From an uncultured cyanobacterium (GTDB lineage: Bacteria; Cyanobacteriota; Cyanobacteriia; Cyanobacteriales; CAWCAG01), in contig CAWCAG010000009.1 in the NCBI GenBank assembly GCA_963793425.1, positions 672,001 through 736,000 of the forward strand: a stretch of DNA of 64,000 nucleotides. Direction: 5' to 3'. The stretch's first letter is position 1. Each line of letters begins with the position of its first letter. A program made the translations under genes and the position numbers. The notes under the pieces are model-generated. The model saw only the letters and a program-made list of their open reading frames with translations. It was not told where the DNA came from and searched no databases. Shown one piece after another: positions 36,352-49,200 of this stretch.

Positions 36352-39300
36352 TTACCAAGGACTCCCAATCATAGTAAAAGCACTCCAATAATAAGGATGA
36401 TTCAAATTTTCATCCCCTAATGCAGCTAAATTTTCTGGTAAGGGAATTTCAATTTCTGGAGTAATCAGCTTGCCGTCTTGCAACTTAACTTCCCCTCTAA
36501 TCATCGCTAGTTGCGCTTGGCGCAGGGCTTCTGCTTTAATGGGGGCTACCTTGAGTTGCTCGTAGAGTGTAGCCATAAACCCTAAAGTACCTTCATCGCT
36601 TACTGTCCATAAGCTTCCCAGGGCTGATTTAACTCCGGCTTGGTTAGCTAACCCAGCAAAGCCTAATTCTGATTCCACACTGCCCACAGCAGTACGACAA
36701 GCACTTAATACCATCAACTCTACCGCAGGCTTATTTAAACCTAGTTGCCGCAATTGATCTAAACTAATTTTCTGGTCCCAAAATTGAATGTATGAATTAC
36801 TGGGTTTACCAGCATTAAATTCAGCATGGGTAGCGAGATGAACGATACCAAAAGGTTTATTAGCACGTTCTGATTTAAGATTTCCCGGAGTGAATTTGTC
36901 CCCCAGCAAAGATTTACCCGGCCATAAATTGTTAGCAATTGTCTTTATTTCTATAGGTACAGCAGGTAAATCTGGTAATTCAGCAAATGTCTCGGTTCCC
37001 ATGGCTAAGACTTCCATGTTTTTAACATCAACATAGCGAGTGTCAGTCAGAGAGAGACTCGGCATCAAACCTAAGCTATATTTTTCCAGGACAAACTGTT
37101 CACCATCGTGAAGCGCGGCAATGGGGATAGAACGTATCCCAGTATCTAGTATAAAAGCGAGGTTATTAATACCTTGTGCCTGCAACTCCTCTTCTAAGGG
37201 GGCAAGCAGCCATTGATATAGTTGTTGGGACGGGACTAGGTAAGCATTGGGACGGGAAGGATTAGTGATGGTGCGGCGAAAGGTTTTAGCAACTTGTTGT
37301 ACCTTGGCACGAGTTATGCCTCGTATCGGTTTGCGGAGGATTTTTCCTTCGGCGGTTAAGAGAACAAGTTCCAATTGATCATCTTCTTGGGGAGGAAATT
37401 TTAAGTTGTTAGACTTGCTTTGTTGTTTGTCCCCCTTATTTTCTGAAGGTGCAGCTAATTCGGCCGGGAAAAAGGCAGCGTAAATAAGGGCTGGTTTGAC
37501 TCCTGTTTCTCTGTTGATGCTGCGTAAGATATCTTTAGCTTCATCTAAACTAGTAATTTCGTTATCATCTTCTTCACCAAAGTAATTTTCAAAATCCTCA
37601 GTAAATTTCTCCTCTAATTGCTGAATGATGGGGTCAATTTGCAATTGGGGAACGGGTTGGTCAAAATTAACTTTTGGCAGAGGAGTTTCTTCGGGAAGAA
37701 TATCATCTGGAACAGGATCATCTACGGCTATGGTTGCTACATCAATGCTTACTGGTTGCTGAGTCGAAGAGACACCATCGCTAACACTGATGGTAAAACC
37801 ATTTACACTGCCTGTAGTTCCTGCTGGGGGTGTGTAAACTAAAGTATCTCCAGAAGAAATAACCGTTCCTGCTGTTGCCGTTACGCCGTTAACTGTGAGG
37901 ATGCCTGCATCAATTGATACGATAGTGATGGAGGTGAGGTTATCACTGTTCACATCCCCAGTAATTGGGTTTAAATCAGCAAAGGTGAAGGTAAAAGGTT
38001 GGTCTTGTAGCGCCCCGGTTAAGGAGTTTGCTGTTAGGGTAGGGGGTGTGTTGATGGAGGTGATAGTAATATCTGTTGGTGTCCCGGAAGCAACACCACC
38101 ATTAGGAAGGACAGGGAAAGTAGCCAGTATCAAGGAGGCTAGTACCTGTGTTAATATCTCCTGCTAAACCATTAGTACTAGCATCGCCAATGCTGAAAGG
38201 ATTGTTGTCAGTACCGCCATCATGGGTGATGCTAACATTGCCCCCTTGAATATTACTAATATCACCTGCTGCGGTTGTTGCCTCAGTATCAATAGTATTA
38301 CCAGCAAGAAGCCCTCTTACAGTGCCATTATTAGCTGTGATAGTTACTTGGCCTCCCCTCGCTGTGTTAGTGTCAAAGCCTCTACCGTAAGCTGTTGTAT
38401 CTATGCTATCGAAGATTATATTGCTGCCCGATGTTGTACCAGATGTTAAGCTGACATCACCCCCAGTTGCTAAAGTAGGACTATTTCCTCCATTGGTAGA
38501 GGCAGAGGTATTGATAATATTGGTCGTGATTGTTGTCCCTGCTGTTAAAGCAACATTACCCCCAGTTGCTCGATCATCTGCATAAGCGAAAGGTTTCTGT
38601 TATTGGCATAAGAGTTAATGTTTCCTGTGGAAATACTACCTCCGGCATTCAAAGTAACATTACCACCAAAACTCATATCGTCAGCAGGATATTCGATATC
38701 GGCGTAGGAGTTAATGTTTCCTGTGACAATGCTACCTGTTGTGCTACTAATGTTAATATCTCCGCCACTATTGATTAATCCAAAATCATCGGTATTAAAA
38801 GTATTAACTGCTCCAGTTTGCACATCACCAGTTGCTTCTATAATTAAAGGGCCACCGTAATGGGTAAAGCCATCAAAACCGACATCAATATCCCCTACAT
38901 TGATACTTCCAGTGGTAGGAGTCCCGGAACCATTAAAAGTAGTTCCTCCTGTAGTTTGGGGTGTATTAGCTGTATTATCTAAGCTAGTTTTTCCTGCTTG
39001 CAAAACTAACCCACCGTTACCTGTAGTTAAGATGGTAAAGTGAGGATCGCTTGTCGGTATAGCACCGGGAGTATCTGCTCCGTTGATAATAATGTTGCCA
39101 CCGTTAATACTGCCCAGAGTTTCTACTTTTAGAGAAACCCCTGTATAATTACCAAAGGTAACATCCCCTGTAGAACTAATGATGGGGTCATAAAAACTAA
39201 CAAAGTTGCCTCCATCTCCTTGTAAGTTAAGGATGGAAAACTTACCGCCACTGAGATAGTGGGCATCCCCAGAAATAAAGCCGTCACTAACTAAACTTAA

Positions 39301-41232
39301 GTCGCCACCACTTACAAAAGGAGTTTGGCTATGTTGCAAAGCTAAAATATCAATGGCTTTGTCCCCTTGAATGTAGAGATTGCCCCCTGCTTTTATTTGT
39401 AAAGGTTGGTTGGCACTATCTCTGGCATAAACAGTATCTTTGGCTTTGAGGTCTAAATCCCCTGTGGTTTGTAAGTTGCTCTCAACTAAAGTTAAGTTAC
39501 TCGCTGCTGCTAAGGTGGCACTTTCTGCGGTTAACTGATTTGCGGCCACATCCCCTACTCCCACCGTTGTATCAGAATTGCTTAACTGGGCTTCTCCTTG
39601 GGCATTAACTTCTAAGCCTGTTTCACCTACATCGCTTCCGGTTAGCAATTCTGGTAACATCAAAGGGTTAATAGGTACAGGATCTCCTTGACTATTGGTA
39701 GGTGGTTCAATTTCCAAACCTAAAATATGCCCAGCTTGGTTAATTCTTACCCGACTACTTCCTGGTACAGCACTGATAGTAACATTACCTCCCTGTGCCT
39801 GCAATGTTCCTGTACTAGCGACAGTACCGCCAATTAAGGAAAGGTTGTTACCCTCGCTTACTGCCAAATCCCCAGCATTAATAATTGCCCCCGGTTGTAA
39901 GCTGTTGAAGACAAAAGCATTGGGATTACCTACCAAAGAGTTATAATCGTTTGTGCCAACACTATTAAAAGTCCCTCCCTCGAAACCAATTCCTGTTGCC
40001 GTAGTAGCAGAAAAGGAACCAGGTACATTTAATTGGGCATTGCTACCAAAAACCATACCAGCGGGGTTCATTAAAAAGAGGTTAGCATTGCTGCCTGTGA
40101 TTTGAATTAAACCATTTATTACCGAAGCATTGCCCCCGACAACTCGACCTAAAATGTTATTAATACCAGGTTGAGAAAGGAAATTAGCAGTTTGGGATGC
40201 AGAAAGCCCAAAGTCTTGGAAGCTATGGAAAAGATTACCCCCATTCCCTGATAAGCTTCCTCCTTGAATATTAAACTGGTTGCCAGTTTGGTTAATAATA
40301 GTCCCCGTACCATCACTAGCTGAATTAATGGTTTGTGCCTGGGCATTGAAAGTGGTTGTTAAACATAAAGTTGTGAGTAAGGTTGAGAAAAAACTAAAAC
40401 TTGCATTGGTTTTTAAAAACTTGATGGGTAAAGTGTAAAACTGTTTAACCGCATTTTTAATCGGACGTAAACCCAGCCAAGCTTCCATCTGGCAACCAAA
40501 GCCTTTAGTTTTAATAACTGCCTCGTAGCGATCCCTAAGCCCTCTTCGCTTCAATGCCCTTAAAGTTGCCCCATAAGTTGCATAAATTTGTTCGGCTCTT
40601 TTTTGGTAAGAAAAACTCTCTGGGTTGCTGCGATAATAATAAAGAGGTTTGGCTAAATGTTTAATTTCTGTTGCTTCAGAAAGTCTCAAACAAAGGTCAT
40701 AATCTTCTGTATATAAAGATTGGCTATCAATACCTCCCACTTCCTCAAAAACCGCGCGGCGTATCAGCCGAAAATGGAAAGTCATAAAGTTGGTTAATAA
40801 TTGATGAGGAGAATAAGCAACCTGAGTTCGCTGACCATAGCCAAGTACTTTACCATTATTATGGAGATCCCAATAATCGGTATAAACCATACCTGCATTA
40901 GAGTTAGCTGCCAACACAACTAAAGTCTCTTCCAAAGCCGTCGGTGCAAGAAGATCGTCACTATCTATCCAAGCTAAATATTGCCCCTGAGTTGCGGCGA
41001 TTCCAGCTTGCAAAGCCGGTACTCTACCTTGATGTTTTGCGGCGATAATACGAACTCGTGGATCTTCTTGAGCATATTTGTGAGCAATAGCTAGGGAATT
41101 ATCCGTAGAACCATCATCCCAAATTAATAGCTCGAAATCTGGCCAGGTTTGCCTTAAAATACTCTCTATGGCAGATCCGAGCAACTTTTCTCGATTATAA
41201 GAAGTAATAACAATTGAAATAGGAACTACCAT
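36352..41232 (-). CDS. GT2 glycosyltransferase-filamentous haemagglutinin (TPS)-CHAT fusion, interrupted by two compensating frameshifts (~38590, ~38125)
   Basis: GT2 (DDGSTD, DSDD, EDYDL), internal signal-like segment, NLFHSF/NPAG haemagglutination domain, beta-helix repeats continuing in a shifted frame, CHAT HLATH..LSAC. Confidence 0.75.
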
Positions 41233-41424
41233 AGCTTTTTCCTTGAAGCGCGCCTGCTTTATTCCAGCTTAACTTAGTAACGAGTGTTACTAAACATTGA
41301 CTGATTTTATGAGTACTTAAGTTCCTACAGAATTGAAAAGTCTAACCATAAGTCTAATGAATCATTTTTAACAAACTAAATTATCTGCCAATTTAACTTA
41401 CCTAATCCAACAAATGAAATAACC

Positions 41425-42216
41425 ATGCGAACTAATCTTGCCCATTACCTATTACCCATTACCTATTACCTGTTACCTATTATCCTAGCCACTCCCTCAG
41501 TCGCTCAATCTCCCCTGTCTGCCTGCATTCTTCCTGAAAATAATGAATATTTATTGTTAATAGTTACAGAAACAGAAGAGGAAAGAGCAAAAGTTATTCA
41601 AGCTATTCCTAATGACATTGAAGTCTCTTTTTGCAACTATTTGGGTCAAAATGTAACACACATCGGTAGCTTTAGTAGTCGAGAAGATACAGATGAATGG
41701 GGGCAATATTTCCAGCAAAATTTAGGCTTAATGGCAATAATTATAGAAAGTACTCCAACCCCACCTTCAGAAGTAGTTTCTCAACCTCCTCAAACTATCA
41801 GACAAGAGCCAGAACAATCTCCCTCTCAAACTTTACCAAGCCTATCTCCTTCCTCAGAAGCCATCCCTGAATCTTCTCCCGTAATCAATCAAGAACCACC
41901 TCAAGCAAAAGAACCTGTTATTCAAACCATCTCCCAAACTAATAATAACCTCAGCTACAATCCCCAACCTTTAGGTACAGGTTACGCCATTTTAATTGAT
42001 TACGTAAACCAACCAGAAATTGCTGACCAATTACAACAGTTATTAAACAAAGAAATTGGTTTGGCTTCTTATCTAGCTCGTCCTTATTTAATGGCAATTC
42101 ATACTACTAGTGAAAGAGAAGCTAATGCTATGTTGAAAAATTTGAGTGATCGCGGTTTTTGGACAATCATGGTTGATAGTAGTAAAGTAACTCTATTAAC
42201 TCCTATAGTTAAGTAA
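41425..42216 (+). CDS. Hypothetical exported protein with Pro/Gln/Ser-rich linker
   Basis: 263-aa ORF with signal-like N-terminus partly encoded by heptamer repeats. Confidence 0.6.
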   Translation: MRTNLAHYLLPITYYLLPIILATPSVAQSPLSACILPENNEYLLLIVTETEEERAKVIQAIPNDIEVSFCNYLGQNVTHIGSFSSREDTDEWGQYFQQNLGLMAIIIESTPTPPSEVVSQPPQTIRQEPEQSPSQTLPSLSPSSEAIPESSPVINQEPPQAKEPVIQTISQTNNNLSYNPQPLGTGYAILIDYVNQPEIADQLQQLLNKEIGLASYLARPYLMAIHTTSEREANAMLKNLSDRGFWTIMVDSSKVTLLTPIVK

Positions 42217-42328
42217 GTCACCCAGCTAAAATTACGTGTTAGAGCGGGTTTATTAGTTTGAGGTTAATCTCACAATTTGACTCAAAACCCGCCCCCATCT
42301 CCCCATCTCCCCATCTCCCCATCTTGCT

Positions 42329-43849
42329 TTATTCTTCCAACCAAGCCTCAATCATCTTATTAGGAATATTAACCAAAGGATGCTCAAACAGCATATCAAT
42401 AGAAGCATCTCCCCCTGCTTCTAATGCCCTTCTTAAACGACTTTTAAGTTGGGGGGAACGTTTAATCACCTTTTTAACTGTTTCCTCTGTTTGGTGTTGA
42501 GAAGGATTCTTCTCTGCTAACTTGTTAAGCAACTGTTGCACTTCTGCATACAAACGAGTTGCTTCCTCACTGGAACCTTGACCTAAGTTATGATCAGCAA
42601 TAGTAGGGACAAGCTGAGAACTTCCTCCCCCCAACCTGTTAACCACCCCAGTAACATCTATCCCTGTAGTTTGGCGCAACTGTTCCAAAAAAGAAGCGGT
42701 TTTGGTAGCAGGAGTTCCCCCTTGGGCATCAATAACCGTAACCTGTTGTACATCAACCTCTGGAACTGATGTAACCATGATATCTAAAAGGGTTTCCAGC
42801 TTTTGGAACAAAAAGATTTCCCTGGCATTTGGCCCTGCTTGTTGCCAAGATTCAGCCAAACGCTTTGTACCTTCGGCTTGTGCCTTACCGTCTTCAATAA
42901 TACTTGCTGCCTTACCTCTGGCTTGGGCAATCGCACGCTGGCAAGATGCTTCAGCAGGAGCCACTACATCGGCTTGCAGTTGCTGTTCCACCTGTTTAAT
43001 ACGTTCGTTTTGCACCAACACATCCGCTTGGGTTCTCGCTAATTCTGAGGCAATTTGAGACTCTGATTCTGCAACCACTGCCTTACGCTTTGTCAAAGCA
43101 TCCTGAACCCTTCTTTCCGCCTCTGCCCTCGCAACTTCAATTTGCGTTTCAATGCGCTTAATAGAAGTTTTGCGGTCATTATCTGCTTGTTGAATCACAG
43201 ACTCCGCATGGGCTTGGGCTTCAGCAATCCTCGCATCCCTAACTAATTCTGCACCTTGCTTGCGTCCCAAAGAATCTAAATACCCCACATCATCAGAAAT
43301 ATTTTGGATTTGCAAGTTATCTAAAAGTAACCCCAACTTTTCCAAATCATCTTCTGCTTCTTCTAACAAACTCTTAGCAAAAGCAATCTTATCTTCATTA
43401 ACTTGTTCTGGAGTTAATGAAGATAAAACCCCTCGCAAATTTCCTTCCAAAGTTTCCCTAGCAATAGTTTCAATTTGCTTACGAGTTTTACCTAAAAGCC
43501 GTTCAATAGCATTATGAATAGTCGGTTCTTCCCCAGCAATTTTAATATTAGCAACACCATTAACTGTTAAAGGAATACCCCCTTTAGAATAAGCATTAGC
43601 AACCTTCAAATCAATAATCATATTCGTCAAATCCATCTTATAAGCCCTTTCAAAGATGGGTGTACGAATACTGCGGCCGCCTTTAACGGTACGATAACCG
43701 AGAATTCTCCTCTCATATTTACGACTAGAACCAGCAAAAATCAAAACTTCATTGGGTTGACAAATATACAAAAGATTCTTAATAACTAAAACGATTGCAC
43801 TAGTACCAACTCCCAAGCTAGCCAGCAACGCAATTAATGTCCCCAACAT
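42329..43849 (-). CDS. Flotillin/SPFH family protein
   Basis: N-terminal TM, SPFH domain, ETLEGNLRG, AEA-rich coiled coil. Confidence 0.9.
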   Translation of the reverse strand: MLGTLIALLASLGVGTSAIVLVIKNLLYICQPNEVLIFAGSSRKYERRILGYRTVKGGRSIRTPIFERAYKMDLTNMIIDLKVANAYSKGGIPLTVNGVANIKIAGEEPTIHNAIERLLGKTRKQIETIARETLEGNLRGVLSSLTPEQVNEDKIAFAKSLLEEAEDDLEKLGLLLDNLQIQNISDDVGYLDSLGRKQGAELVRDARIAEAQAHAESVIQQADNDRKTSIKRIETQIEVARAEAERRVQDALTKRKAVVAESESQIASELARTQADVLVQNERIKQVEQQLQADVVAPAEASCQRAIAQARGKAASIIEDGKAQAEGTKRLAESWQQAGPNAREIFLFQKLETLLDIMVTSVPEVDVQQVTVIDAQGGTPATKTASFLEQLRQTTGIDVTGVVNRLGGGSSQLVPTIADHNLGQGSSEEATRLYAEVQQLLNKLAEKNPSQHQTEETVKKVIKRSPQLKSRLRRALEAGGDASIDMLFEHPLVNIPNKMIEAWLEE

Positions 43850-43917
43850 AATAGATTTTCTCCTTAAATAAAAAACTGATCACTAATACCCAAAAACAAA
43901 AGCAAGCCGTACATTGG

Positions 43918-45255
43918 TCACTGATCCTTAAGTGTTCCCAAAACATCAATACCAAGGGTGTCATTAACCTGATCAAGAAATCTGCGAACGATTTCCGGAT
44001 AAGCATTAACCAAACTAGCAATTGATTTGCCATCTCCGTTGTCGATAACACTGACATTTTGTAAGTGAATGCGGCTGGGAATTTTAGCTGCATCCCGGAG
44101 GACAGTTTCAATTTGTTGGATAAAGAACAGTTCCGAAGCATCACTCCCTGACTCTTGCCAGACTAGAGAAAGCATTTCGTTAACCATGGCTGCAGCTTTG
44201 GCGTTCTCTGCTAACACAGATGCTTCTCCTTTTGCCTTCAACTCCTCTGCTTGTTGTTGCGCTTCTGCTGGGAGAATTTCCTCTACCTTCAAGCGCAAAC
44301 GTTCTAATTCTGCCCTAACGGTTTGTAGTTGTTGTTCTGCCCTTGCCCTTGCTTCTTTCCCCGCAGCTAAGGTACGCTCTTCTTCTGAACGAGCTTTTTG
44401 TTCCAACCCCGCTTTGATTTTACGTAGTTCGTTCTCCTTTTCTTGAATAACTGTACGGGCTTGAGTTTGAGCAACTTTTGAGGTTCGTTCAGTGTCAGAC
44501 TCTATTTGTTCTGCCTCTGCAAGGGCATCAGATTCTGCCATCTCTGCATCCCGCACAATTAAAGCAATTTGCTGCCTACCGATAGAGTTAAGATATTCTA
44601 CATCATCAGAAACACTCTGAACTTTCAGGGTGTCAATGTGCAAACCAAGTTTAGTTAAGTCGCGGGAAACATCCTCCGCAATACGTTCAGCAAATCTCAG
44701 GCGATCTTCATTCAACTCCTCCGGAGTTAAGGTAGCTACCACTCCGCGCAGGTTTCCTTCCAATGTCTCTCTCGCAACCCGGACAATTTCCCTGCGATCG
44801 CGATCTAAAAAACGTTCAATAGCATTGCCCACATACCTAGAATCACTAGAGATTTTAACATTAGCAACTGCCTGAATGTTTAAAGGTGTTCCCCCTTTAG
44901 AATAAGCATTGGTTACTTCTACTGGTACAGGCATTGTCGTTAAATCCATACGCTTCACTTGTTCAAGGAAGGGAATGCAAATAGTGTTGCCGCCGCTAAT
45001 GACTCGATAACCAACGGTTTTGCCATTATTAGTTTTGTGTTTGCGACCAGAAAGAACTAATATTTCATTGGGTTTGCGAATCTGCAAGAAGGTATTAAGA
45101 AACCAAATAAGCAGAATCGTACCAAACAACCCAAAAGCTATGGGTAACGCTGTCCCTAAGTAATTTTCTTTATCAGGAATCTCGATAGGTTGGGTAATAT
45201 CTACTTGAGCCACTAAAGATTGCTGATTCTGATTAGATGATTGAAAGTTTTCCAT
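43918..45255 (-). CDS. Flotillin/SPFH family protein
   Basis: As above (ETLEGNLRG, LTPEE.N.DR..FA). Confidence 0.9.
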   Translation of the reverse strand: MENFQSSNQNQQSLVAQVDITQPIEIPDKENYLGTALPIAFGLFGTILLIWFLNTFLQIRKPNEILVLSGRKHKTNNGKTVGYRVISGGNTICIPFLEQVKRMDLTTMPVPVEVTNAYSKGGTPLNIQAVANVKISSDSRYVGNAIERFLDRDRREIVRVARETLEGNLRGVVATLTPEELNEDRLRFAERIAEDVSRDLTKLGLHIDTLKVQSVSDDVEYLNSIGRQQIALIVRDAEMAESDALAEAEQIESDTERTSKVAQTQARTVIQEKENELRKIKAGLEQKARSEEERTLAAGKEARARAEQQLQTVRAELERLRLKVEEILPAEAQQQAEELKAKGEASVLAENAKAAAMVNEMLSLVWQESGSDASELFFIQQIETVLRDAAKIPSRIHLQNVSVIDNGDGKSIASLVNAYPEIVRRFLDQVNDTLGIDVLGTLKDQ

Positions 45256-45285
45256 AGCTGAAAAGTTAATGATTGAATAATTACT

Positions 45286-45864
45286 TCAAGACTGGTTGAG
45301 AGCGTCTTCAGAGACAACCCAAACTCTGTTTTCTTCCATGCCCACAACAAATACCCTTTCTCCTCTTACAAATTGATGGGACTCTCGGCTAAAAGCAATT
45401 AAATCCATTGCTGAGCCATTAAATTCTAGGCGTACTTTGCCCCTACTATTAACATCAAAAGGAAGTTCCACTGTTCCAGAAAGACCGACTAAATCGTCTG
45501 CACTGATGAGGCTATTAACCGTATCATTTCGCAACCGATGTAATAGCCAAGCAACAGTGGTTCCACAAATTAAACCGATGGCGGCAGAGGTTGAAACAAC
45601 TATCGGTGGGCTGAGGTTGGGTTGTAGCAGGTTGAGTAATACCCCTGTAAGTCCAAAAAAGCAGACTCCAAAAGTCCAAAACTTGAAACTTAAAAAAGGC
45701 AACCAAGTACGCCTTTTAAGAGATTCTTCTCCCTGAGATTTTTCTTTAACATCTATATCTGCATCAAAATCATTGTCAAAGTCTATGCCATCAAGCCCTC
45801 CAAAAGCAGCTAAGAAAACAAAGATTCCGCCAACGATTAGGCATAAAAGGTAGAAGAGTGACAT
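45286..45864 (-). CDS. NfeD-like membrane protein
   Basis: TM helices plus C-terminal OB-like domain, upstream of flotillins. Confidence 0.8.
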   Translation of the reverse strand: MSLFYLLCLIVGGIFVFLAAFGGLDGIDFDNDFDADIDVKEKSQGEESLKRRTWLPFLSFKFWTFGVCFFGLTGVLLNLLQPNLSPPIVVSTSAAIGLICGTTVAWLLHRLRNDTVNSLISADDLVGLSGTVELPFDVNSRGKVRLEFNGSAMDLIAFSRESHQFVRGERVFVVGMEENRVWVVSEDALNQS

Positions 45865-46219
45865 ATCTCAAGGTTCCATTATCTCTAGGGAGTTTCCCAG
45901 TTCTAATCTAACCGATGGTTTTTTATTACCGCTATTTTTGTAACTTTAAGTATGCTCTTCTAAAATCGATTATAGCATTTATGTGAGAAAAGATTGTTAA
46001 GGATTATTGATCGCAACAATAAAATTAGGCAAAATAACCTGTCAGCAATCTTTCTGCTGTTTTTACACTACCGACTCATTCTTGTGCATAAAATTTTGGG
46101 CTAGAAGCAGAGACGAGGATTTAAGTTTGCCTGATTAATAGATCAATGCTCCGGTTGTCTGATTTAGATGTAGAATAATTCAGTGTCTATGATTCCCTTT
46201 GCACTTCACAGACATTTAG

Positions 46220-49200
46220 ATGATTAATGTTCCTGGTTATAAAATTCTCTCTCAAATTCACGAGAGTACAAATTCTTTAGTATTCCGAGGTATTAGAGAG
46301 CAAGATCGGCAACCTATTATTCTCAAAGTACTTAAACAGAACTATCCTACACCAGAAGAAATCCGCAGATACCAACAGGAATATACTATTCTTCGCAATC
46401 TTGAGATTGAAGGAGTAGTGACAGCTTATAGTCTAGAGAAATATCGTCATACTTTAGTAATTATTCTTGAGGATTTTGGTGGGGAATCATTACAAATACT
46501 GGCCAAGGAAAAACCTCTAGCCCTAGATGATTTTCTCTTAATTGCCAGTAAAATCGTGACTATTTTAGGTCAAGTTCATGCTGCTAAAATTATCCACAAA
46601 GATATTAACCCTTCTAACATTGTTTTTAATCCTACCACAGGAAAATTAAAGCTCATTGATTTTGGCATTTCAACGGTTTTTGCCCAAGAAAATTCCCCCT
46701 CAACTAACCCCCTTATTTTAGAAGGAACTTTAGCTTATATTTCTCCAGAACAAACGGGGAGAATGAACCGTTATTTAGATTATCGCAGCGACTTTTATTC
46801 CCTTGGGGTTAGCTTCTACGAATTATTGAGTGGTAGCTTACCTTTCAAGAGTAAAGATCCTTTAGAGTTGGTACATTGTCATATTGCGAAAACAGCTTTG
46901 CCGTTGGGGAACAGTGAAAGAGAAATTCCCCAAGTAGTTGCGGATATTGTCATGAAATTAATGGCGAAAAATGCTGAGGATCGCTATCAAAGTGCTTGGG
47001 GAATCAAAACAGATTTAGAAGAATGCTTACTGCAACTACAAACTACAGAACAAATTAGCCTCTTTCCCCTTGGTACTCAAGATATTACTGATAAGTTCCA
47101 AATCCCACAAAAAATGTACGGTCGGGAAAAAGAAGTTAGACAGTTGTTAGAAGCTTTTGAGATATTTAGTCCGAGAAATGAGGAGAAGGGAAGATGGGGA
47201 GAAGAGGAGAATAAATTCAACTCAAAATTGATCTTGGTTACGGGTTCTGCGGGTATTGGTAAATCAACATTAATAGCTTCACTTTACGAACCTATTACCG
47301 CTAAACGTGGTTATTTTATCACAGGAAAATTCGACCATTATCAACAGAATCTTCCTTACTTTGGCATTATTCAAGCCTTTCGAGGATTAATTAAACATCT
47401 ACTAGCTGAAACAGAAACACAACTAAATCAATGGCGAGAAAAAATACAAACCGCTTTAGGAATTAATGGCAGAGTTATTAGCGAAGTTATTCCCGAAGTA
47501 GAACTTTTAATTGGTTCTCAACCTGATATACCCAATTTAGCCCCAGCAGAAGCTCAAAATCGCTTTAACTTAGTATTCCAGAAATTTAGCCAAGTCTTTG
47601 CCCAAAGGGAACATCCTTTAGTATTATTTTTAGACGATTTACAATGGGCAGACCAAGCTTCAATGCAGTTAATAAAACTATTGATAAATGCCACCAATCT
47701 TTTCGTAATTGGAGCCTATCGTGATTGTGAAGTTAAGGAAACTAATTTCATCAATTTAATGATTGAGGAAATCAATCAAAATGAGGTGGTTGTCAAGAAA
47801 ATTGCCCTTCAACCTTTGAAGCTAAAACAAGTTACCCAACTGATAGTTGATACTTTCAATAGTGATGCGAAAAGAGTAGCATCATTAGCCCAATTAGTCC
47901 TCATCCACACAAACGGTAATCCTTTCTTTATTAATGTCTTTTTACACTCTCTTTACCAAGAAGGATTATTTCATTTTCAATACCCTCAAGTAAATTTCAA
48001 CCACCAATGGGGCTGGCAATGGGACTTAAAACGTATTCAAGAATGGGGTTTTACCGATAATGTAGTTGAACTTATGGCAGGGAAGATTCAAAACTTTGTC
48101 ACCTCTACCCAACAAATCCTCAAATTAGCAGCCTGCCTCGGTAATCGGTTTAAGTTACAAACCCTAGCCACTGTCGCTGAAAAATCTCCAGAAGAAATAA
48201 TCCTTTCTCTGCAAGAAGCGATCGCCCAAAGGCTAATTACCGCCTTACAAAAAGAATACCCAAACTCAGAGCCAGAAGTTGAGTATAAATTCAGCCATGA
48301 TCGCTTGCAACAAGCTGTCTATTCTCTAATTCCCCCCCAAGAGAGGAAATTTACCCACTGGCAAATTGGTCAATTATGGTACTCTTCCTTGTCTGAGGAA
48401 AAAAGACAAGAACATCTTTTTGCCATTGTTAATCAGATGAATGAGGGGGTCAAATTTCTTCCAGGAGAGCAAACAAAGCAAGAACTTATTAAGCTAAACT
48501 TACAAGCAGGAAAGCGTGCCAAGGCTGCCAATGCCTATCAAACCGCCGTCAGATATTTTGATGTTGCCTTAAGTCTTCTCCCCCCAGATAGTTGGCAAAC
48601 CAACTACCAATTAACCCTTGATTTGTCTGTCGAAGCAGTAGAAGCCCAATACCTCAACACCAATTTCCCGGAGGCTGAGAAGTTAGCCCAAGAGGTTCTA
48701 AGCCAAGGAAAAACCGTTTTAGATAAAATCAAAGTCTACCAAACCCAAATCCAGTTCTATGGCGCTCAGAATCAAATGGAAGCAGCTATAAATACTGCCC
48801 TCCATGCTCTGGAAATGCTGGATATAACCTTGTTAGCATCGCCCCCTAGCCAAGAAATTGTCATTGAGGATCTCTACAAACTGCCCACCATGACTCAAGC
48901 TGATAAATTAGCAGCTTTGCGAATTTTGATGTTAGTCTTTGCCCCAGCTTTCATTGCTAAACCAGCACTACTTTCCCCCATTGCTTTTACCATGGTGGAT
49001 TTGTGTATCAAGTACGGTAACTCTCCTTTAGCTGCCTACGCCTACACCTTCTACGGCTTCTTACTTTGTGGTGTCATGGGACAAATTCCCCAGGGTTATC
49101 AATTTGGTCAGTTAGGTTTGCAACTAAGCAATAACTTTGAAGCGAGGGAAGTACAATGTAAGGTTCACAACCTCTTCAATGCCCACATTCGCCATTGGCG

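Noticed and set aside
37618..45736. Numerous short antisense ORFs inside the haemagglutinin and flotillin genes
   Set aside because: Shadow frames of long, well-supported genes
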